64,000 nucleotides of DNA, taken from the NCBI GenBank assembly GCA_964016885.1, contig CAXHJY010000614.1, positions 8,249 to 72,248 of the forward strand, given 5' to 3'. The notes below the pieces were generated by a model that had not been told where the DNA came from, searched no databases, and saw only the letters and a program-made list of their open reading frames with translations. Positions within the stretch are counted from its first letter, which is position 1. Each line of letters starts with the position of its first letter. This stretch comes from Eledone cirrhosa. Lineage: Eukaryota. Both the position numbers and the translations under genes were made by a program. Below are positions 53,801 through 64,000 of this stretch, in pieces.

Positions 53801-55856
53801 CTATGGGGACCAGGGTGATGTTTACACTCTAGTAAGACCAACCATTTATAGCGAATATGGTGTGTCTGATACGGAGCTGAAGAAGCCCAGGACCTTAGAA
53901 GAAGTAAGTGTCTGATATAGGAGAAATATCTTATTTTATTTGCTTTATGTCCTGTGTGGAAATTCTGATCTGCTATGCTAGGTTTGTCAAGTTTGAAGGA
54001 ACAAATACCGATCAAGTACTGGGGTCACTATTAAAGGACTCAATATGAAGAAAGAAGAATTGTTAACTTTATTTTTAAGTGTTGTTACAGAAGCACTTGT
54101 GCTTTGAATATAAACTAGTAATTTCTTATTTTATTATGGAGTGGCGTGTTATTTTGGGGTGTTTATATGCATTATCTAATATAATTTATAGACACGTACA
54201 CATATATATAGTATCTTCTGATGAAGGACTAACATCTGGAATGTTAAGACTCTTTTTTTTTTTTACTATATCAAGTGCTTTAGATGATATTAGCTTTATG
54301 ACACCTTGAACTTCCTTTAAGCATGGTTCAAGAGACAACTGTAGGATTTCTGGTCTTTGAGGAATGGAATCAATTACAATACTAATGGTGACAGAGTTGG
54401 AGTTAAGAACATCAGGAAAGAATATAATTCTTATTAGTCAGAAGACACTGATGCACTTCGAGATAGATGAGTTGGTTATTTGCTTCTTTTGAGCCATACA
54501 ACAGGAAGTTTTACTAAGCAAAATAGCATGCTCTGAAAGATAAGGGGTGCTGTAGAAGGAACAGGTGATATTAAAGTCCTTCATACCATGCTGCTTTGTG
54601 TTTATATAATCAATCAAATCCTTTGATCTCAGATGAATCTAAGTTGGTTTGTGGTTCTTTGTCTATTGGTAGAAAGTGGGGTGATTGCAAGATCAAATTC
54701 TCCACAATGGGAAAGGAAAGAAGATGTAGACCATTTGAGTTCACATGCTCCGTTTCATGTGGACTGAGAATGCCAGGCCATATTTGATGGCCATCACCCA
54801 CTTGAGTATTGAAATCTCCCATTAAAACAAGTTTGACCTTGTCTTGGATCTTTGAGATGACTGTAATAAGTTGTTCATAAAATTCATCTTTCTTTCACTC
54901 TGGAGCAGACATGCAATGTAACAACTGATATTTTTTCCCAAGTCAAGTCAAGAGTGAGAATCATGATTTGGTTAGTGACTCCAGAAGGAAGAGAACACAG
55001 TAAATATTTGATGGCAATGCCAACACTTGATATGCATGAAGCTTCTTCATTTCTACTGATAAAAAACAAAGTGTACCCTTCACCAACCTCTTCCAGCTGA
55101 GAAGTACCTGCAAATGAATTTCACCTACGGCAGAAATGTCAATGTTATATTTATGCAGAACGTGAGATATTGCCATTTTCTGTTCTGGGACATTCCACAA
55201 ACCTATGTTTACATTTTTGTTTCATTTTATACTATGGTACTGGATAACCAGATAGATTCAATTGGCAACCAAGTTAAGGATATGGGCAAGCAATGTTTAT
55301 GATTCCTTTTATCACCCCTCCATGGTATATGGAAAGCAGTGCTATATCTAAATAGATCTGCTTTCACATTATTGGAGGATGCAGACAGCAGAATTGCGAA
55401 GGTTTTGGGCATGAGTGTCCATTACTGAATGGCCACCTTTGTGTAGAGCTCCAACTAGAGACAACCAGTAATACCTTTTACTTGCCCCTAACATCTCAAC
55501 TCTCTTGCCAGTGGACATGCTTGTTTGGCTTTTCATGAAATAGTGAAAAGTGGTGGAATTGCAGAAGTAATATCATAGCTGTTAGATTACTTACAAGGAT
55601 GATTTGTTTTCAGTGGTGAAGGTGTGGGTAAGACCAACTGCATTTTTTGGGGAAATGCTGAAAGCAGAAAGTTAGAGGCAAATGTTTGCCACAAATGCAA
55701 TGAGCAACATACCAAAGGGTTTTTTTTAAATGACAGTTCTGTCTTCTAGGCTGGCTGCCTTCATCATGGCTTATAGCCAATCCACACTAGTAGGCTAACT
55801 GCATGCCTGGATTCAAAACCAGGAATGTCTAAATCTGTGAACACACACGCACGCAT

Positions 55857-55940
<84 letters not shown>

Positions 55941-56151
55941 CATACTCTGTAAATTATTTCCTTATCCTCTTGATCTTTTCCATTGTCAGATAAAAAATAT
56001 CTACAGCAAAATTGGGTTTGAAGTAGATGGAAAAACTTTACAGAAATTGCATGATATGGTTGCTAATGGTAACCCTGAAGAGAGAGTCAGCCTGTACAAC
56101 TTACAGAAGCTATTTCAAATATCAGATATGCCTGCAAGGTTCATTAAATAA
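10418..56151 (+). CDS. EFHB: EFHB/CFAP21-like EF-hand ciliary microtubule protein, spliced model join(10418-10537, 25204-25266, 32564-32888, 32999-33320, 38245-38461, 47869-48067, 52351-52479, 53722-53903, 55990-56151), 1719 nt / 572 aa
   Basis: All introns are GT-AG and the exon phases are mutually compatible (0,0,1,2,0,1,1,0). The translation carries motifs I recall from EFHB: Px[28 protein letters not shown]...[23 protein letters not shown]-hand [26 protein letters not shown]....P.....SD.TNYGD.G, R..EEI..I...IG. Homology is from memory and was not searched. Confidence 0.85.
10853..11068 (+). mobile_element. 5'-truncated copy of the 7424 SINE
   Basis: High identity to 7539-7743. Confidence 0.88.
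11225..11722 (+). mobile_element. CR1-like LINE 3' fragment (other copies at ~2745-2860 minus and ~33765-33825 minus)
   Basis: [31 protein letters not shown]...WNKLP.SVV. Confidence 0.8.
11751..12544 (-). mobile_element. Internally deleted mariner element with ~28-bp TIRs and TA TSD
   Basis: cgagatgtgtcagaaaagaaacatgact vs the reverse complement tgagatgtgtcaaaaaagtaacaggact; [26 protein letters not shown] mariner N-terminus; empty site near 1975. Confidence 0.88.
12748..14593 (-). mobile_element. Internally deleted Gypsy-like LTR retrotransposon (LTRs ~12748-13063 and ~14281-14593)
   Basis: Diverged ~300-bp direct repeats both starting TGTAGC; integrase-core remnant [15 protein letters not shown]...YKPSG.G. 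Confidence 0.72.
15306..15843 (-). mobile_element. RTE 3' fragment
   Basis: Similar to the reverse complement of 41210-41727, (CAT)n tail. Confidence 0.9.
15897..15957 (-). ncRNA. Type-I hammerhead ribozyme (family shared with 23458-23532)
   Basis: Minus strand: ttcatt-CTGACGA-ctgaagacaga..tctgccttcaa-GAAA-cc act gg-TA-aatgaa. Confidence 0.75.
16051..16114 (+). ncRNA. Minimal type-I hammerhead ribozyme (same family as the Naiad pLTR)
   Basis: tattttat-CTGATGA-aagcgtaccaat/attggtaccctt-GAAA-tatata-TA-ataaaata; 8-bp stem I, palindromic stem III region. Confidence 0.85.
17440..18560 (-). mobile_element. Degenerate RTE LINE RT fragment
   Basis: [27 protein letters not shown]; [13 protein letters not shown]; LLYADDL. 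Confidence 0.85.
18935..19226 (+). mobile_element. tRNA-derived SINE, second tail type (related copies ~1283-1500 and ~25545-25865)
   Basis: Degenerate A/B boxes, ttgagcaagacactttattt core, shared tgagttgtacc...ctgtgtcat.ct.aatctccc body. Confidence 0.72.
20043..20215. mobile_element. piggyBac-type MITE with TTAA TSD
   Basis: TTAA-ccctttagcattt ... aaatgctaaaagg-TTAA; the empty site ctctttaaatattg is in the adjacent repeat unit near 20295. Confidence 0.8.
21504..21776 (+). pseudogene. PLE GIY-YIG endonuclease fragment (frame not in the ORF track)
   Basis: [56 protein letters not shown]...[21 protein letters not shown]: CxxC, YIG, catalytic R, two His, E and PxGLN. Confidence 0.9.
23280..23312 (+). 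ncRNA. Minimal hammerhead core at the 3' end of a PLE remnant (stem I only 2 bp)
   Basis: CTGAGGA-a-gggc ttat gccc-GAAA-C-GTC with ACGT palindrome; AATAAA ~35 nt downstream. Confidence 0.6.
23458..23532 (+). ncRNA. Type-I hammerhead ribozyme
   Basis: atttcatt-CTGATGA-t-tgaaggcagacg..cgtctgtcttca-t-GAAA-cc ttt gg-TA-aatgaaat; 8-bp stem I, 12-bp stem II. Confidence 0.82.
23733..24340 (-). mobile_element. Short non-autonomous LINE derivative (RTE/BovB-like ends), related copy ~48630-48960
   Basis: C-terminal [17 protein letters not shown] zinc finger; bounded by (TA)n on both sides. Confidence 0.6.
24340..24882. repeat. Compound (TA)n/(TACA)n microsatellite
   Basis: Direct reading. Confidence 0.95.
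25204..25266 (+). CDS. EFHB: Putative EFHB exon 2 ([21 protein letters not shown])
   Basis: Pyrimidine tract plus TGTAG acceptor; 63-nt open phase 0/0 exon; weak donor GTAAAA. Fits directly ahead of the PPTP exon. Confidence 0.55.
27778..27866 (+). ncRNA. Type-I hammerhead ribozyme with long loop II
   Basis: aagtgc-CTGAAGA-ttaggactcag..ttgggcctt-GAAA-cc tta gg-TA-gcgctt; followed by AATAAA; lies in a ~200-bp insert between (TA)n tracts. Confidence 0.72.
27968..28655 (+). mobile_element. RTE apurinic endonuclease fragment
   Basis: [37 protein letters not shown] motifs. Confidence 0.85.
28916..30408 (+). mobile_element. Non-autonomous Helitron-like element with internal ~230-bp duplication (29513-29740 / 29789-30012)
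   Basis: A|TC 5' end with (TCTG)n and aaccgatt subterminal motif; 3' hairpin cccgagcaacgccggg followed by TTAG|T. Confidence 0.72.
30468..30916. mobile_element. MULE-like MITE with 11-bp TSD (gtaaaggtttg)
   Basis: TIR aggctatgtagccg / cggctacatagcct; direct repeats at 30457-30467 and 30917-30927; internal 54-bp tandem repeat. Confidence 0.75.
31706..32245 (-). mobile_element. Cluster of three tRNA-derived SINEs with a Nin/Deu-like domain (other copies 16866-16977, 33588-33762, ~37370-37610)
   Basis: Minus-strand B box gagttcaaatcc followed by gttaactttgcctttcatccttacggggtcgataaaataagtacc. Confidence 0.8.
32564..32888 (+). CDS. EFHB: EFHB exon 3
   Basis: TTCAG acceptor, G|GTAAG donor; [10 protein letters not shown]...NDPQ...LYHG. 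Confidence 0.9.
32999..33320 (+). CDS. EFHB: EFHB exon 4
   Basis: Long polypyrimidine tract plus CACAG; donor GA|GTAAGT; [19 protein letters not shown] motifs. Confidence 0.92.
34085..35580 (-). mobile_element. Degenerate RTE (Expander-like) LINE
   Basis: [44 protein letters not shown]. Confidence 0.85.
35782..37200 (-). mobile_element. L1/Tx1-clade LINE 3' fragment with internal ~300-bp tandem duplication
   Basis: Minus-strand [13 protein letters not shown] and [18 protein letters not shown] (degenerate CCHC finger); T-rich 3' UTR. Confidence 0.72.
38245..38461 (+). CDS. EFHB: EFHB exon 5
   Basis: TTTTGCAG acceptor (phase 2), GTG|GTAAGT donor; [14 protein letters not shown]...MQLSDV. Confidence 0.88.
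38941..39189. repeat. Perfect 119-bp-arm inverted repeat with 11-nt spacer
   Basis: 38941-39059 is the reverse complement of 39071-39189. Confidence 0.95.
39257..40122. repeat. Inverted/duplicated copies of an unclassified (probably DNA transposon-derived) repeat
   Basis: 39257-39515 is matched in reverse by 39710-39835 and 39915-40122. Confidence 0.75.
39517..39683. mobile_element. pogo/Tc2-like MITE with TA TSD, nested in another repeat
   Basis: TIR (c)cgtatttcccgg..; the empty site gagaatatatagttttctc is present in the inverted paralogue at ~39905-39930. Confidence 0.8.
40152..40326 (+). repeat. 4 x 44-bp tandem repeat at the RTE 5' truncation point
   Basis: tttagcgtaaaagttggcgtccatcagggctctgttctcagccg starts at 40152, 40196, 40240 and 40284. 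Confidence 0.97.
40284..41366 (+). CDS. RTE reverse transcriptase C-terminal half with embedded C4HC3 (PHD-like) finger; 5'-truncated, no native start
   Basis: Stop-free frame; CSVC..CPKC..HKRC..CGRC lies between KTK and YLG. Confidence 0.9.
   Translation, partial: FSVKVGVHQGSVLSPLLFIIALQAITEEFKTGCPWELLYADDLTLIAESMAELEKKFQTWKHGLESKGLKINLAKTKVLVCRKENKAAVPSGKWSCSVCRKGVGRNSILCPKCKVWVHKRCSGITGKLTKNIDFTCGRCSGAISSSKCPQNTSSFNCAEGFIEIVDSFRYLGDKISSGGGCSESTVARVRTGWKKFRELIPLLAAKGFSLKMKGRLYDACIRTAMLHGSETWALCAEDIRRLERNEACMLRWMCNSNIRERQSINELRKKLEIRGIRCCLLERRLRWYGHVMRMKVDSCITKCRAIKIDGSHGIGRPRKTWDELINSDLTHLHLSKTMSLDRDLWRYSVTEKTRLASRHL
41780..41844 (-). ncRNA. Minimal type-I hammerhead ribozyme (inverted pLTR copy)
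   Basis: Same motif on the minus strand, with an intact ataccat/atggtat stem II. Confidence 0.82.
42309..44009 (+). pseudogene. PLE reverse transcriptase + Zn-linker + GIY-YIG endonuclease with one in-frame TAA (43158-43160)
   Basis: [51 protein letters not shown]; after the stop: [29 protein letters not shown]...[21 protein letters not shown]....SCCRH. Confidence 0.92.
45488..45552 (+). ncRNA. Minimal type-I hammerhead ribozyme in PLE pLTR
   Basis: tattttgt-CTGATGA-aagcataccat..atgatatcctt-GAAA-tatgta-TA-ataaaata; predicted cleavage after 45544. Confidence 0.8.
46485..47755 (+). mobile_element. Degenerate RTE RT with an inverted RTE segment at 47565-47755
   Basis: [32 protein letters not shown]; minus-strand [12 protein letters not shown]. 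Confidence 0.88.
47762..47839. repeat. (CA)n microsatellite (a second at 55841-55938)
   Basis: Direct reading. Confidence 0.97.
47869..48067 (+). CDS. EFHB: EFHB exon 6 (EF-hand pair)
   Basis: TTCACAG acceptor, T|GTAAGT donor; completes the loop [12 protein letters not shown] begun in exon 5. Confidence 0.88.
49174..49945 (-). mobile_element. RTE 3' fragment
   Basis: [21 protein letters not shown]...GRPKKTW, (CAT)n tail. Confidence 0.92.
50472..50677 (-). mobile_element. Short fold-back element in (TA)n (family also at 15109-15292, 50690-50818, 56721-56893)
   Basis: Shared unique arm gaccat..a.caccaga.tactcaatactt..gtag.gtgggtaata plus a terminal palindrome. Confidence 0.8.
50897..51282 (+). 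mobile_element. Full-length tRNA-derived SINE with RTE tail and (GAT)n
   Basis: Same family as 7424-7743. Confidence 0.9.
51295..51560 (+). pseudogene. Naiad-type PLE Zn-linker/GIY-YIG remnant
   Basis: [26 protein letters not shown]...[14 protein letters not shown] aligns with [26 protein letters not shown]...[13 protein letters not shown] of the 42-44 kb element. Confidence 0.85.
52351..52479 (+). CDS. EFHB: EFHB exon 7
   Basis: CTGTAG acceptor in phase 1 (an alternative in-phase AG lies at 52304-52305), A|GTAAGA donor; [13 protein letters not shown]. Confidence 0.78.
53722..53903 (+). CDS. EFHB: EFHB exon 8 (absent from the ORF track)
   Basis: CCTTGTAG acceptor, GAA|GTAAGT donor; [47 protein letters not shown]...RTLEE. 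Confidence 0.92.
54214..54249 (+). ncRNA. Decayed minimal hammerhead
   Basis: tctt-CTGATGA-a-gga ctaaca tct-GGAA-tg-TT-aaga; most changes look like CpG decay of ...CGTCCGAAACGTT; adjacent to (TA)n. Confidence 0.45.
54370..55520 (-). mobile_element. Degenerate LINE AP-endonuclease region (RTE/BovB-like)
   Basis: [36 protein letters not shown]. Confidence 0.78.
55990..56151 (+). CDS. EFHB: EFHB terminal exon 9
   Basis: TGTCAG acceptor, phase 0; [12 protein letters not shown]...RVSLYNLQ; TAA at 56149-56151. Confidence 0.85.
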   Translation: MKNIYSKIGFEVDGKTLQKLHDMVANGNPEERVSLYNLQKLFQISDMPARFIK

Positions 56152-56348
56152 ACTCAGTCTTGACTCCAACAGGCATTGCAAAGTACGCAACACATTCTAC
56201 TACTGCATGTTTTTGGAAGAACAAGATATATTATTCCTTTTTTTTTAAAAGTCAACAAATGTGAGTGTGAGTGTGTATGTGTGTGTATGTATGTATATAT
56301 GTATATATGTATGTATGTGTATGTGTGTGTGTGTGTATGTATGTACTA

Positions 56349-64000
<7,652 letters not shown>

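Overview
AT-rich eukaryotic (metazoan) genomic DNA. The repeat complement (tRNA-derived SINEs with RTE-type tails, (GAT)n-tailed RTE LINEs, very large (TA)n tracts) suggests a coleoid cephalopod such as octopus; this is an inference. One host gene spans most of the window on the + strand: a divergent EFHB/CFAP21-like ciliary EF-hand gene. I read it as 9 phase-compatible coding exons (10418-56151, 572 aa); the two 5' exons are less certain. A candidate RFX X-box lies just upstream. The introns contain RTE, CR1 and L1/Tx1 LINE fragments, SINEs, a deleted Gypsy element, a Helitron-like element, and mariner, pogo, piggyBac and MULE-type non-autonomous elements. The most unusual layer is a set of Penelope-like elements (PLEs) and derivatives, almost all sitting in (TA)n tracts. 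These include a nearly intact Naiad-type RT/GIY-YIG element with an inverted pLTR, two more GIY-YIG remnants, and at least six minimal type-I hammerhead ribozyme (HHR) motifs with recognisable stems. There is also a family of short fold-back elements whose palindrome is centred just upstream of a half-hammerhead (GAAA-stem III-GUC). The last ~7.6 kb is an interrupted (TA)n satellite with apparent higher-order duplication. All calls were made by eye; nothing was searched or folded computationally.
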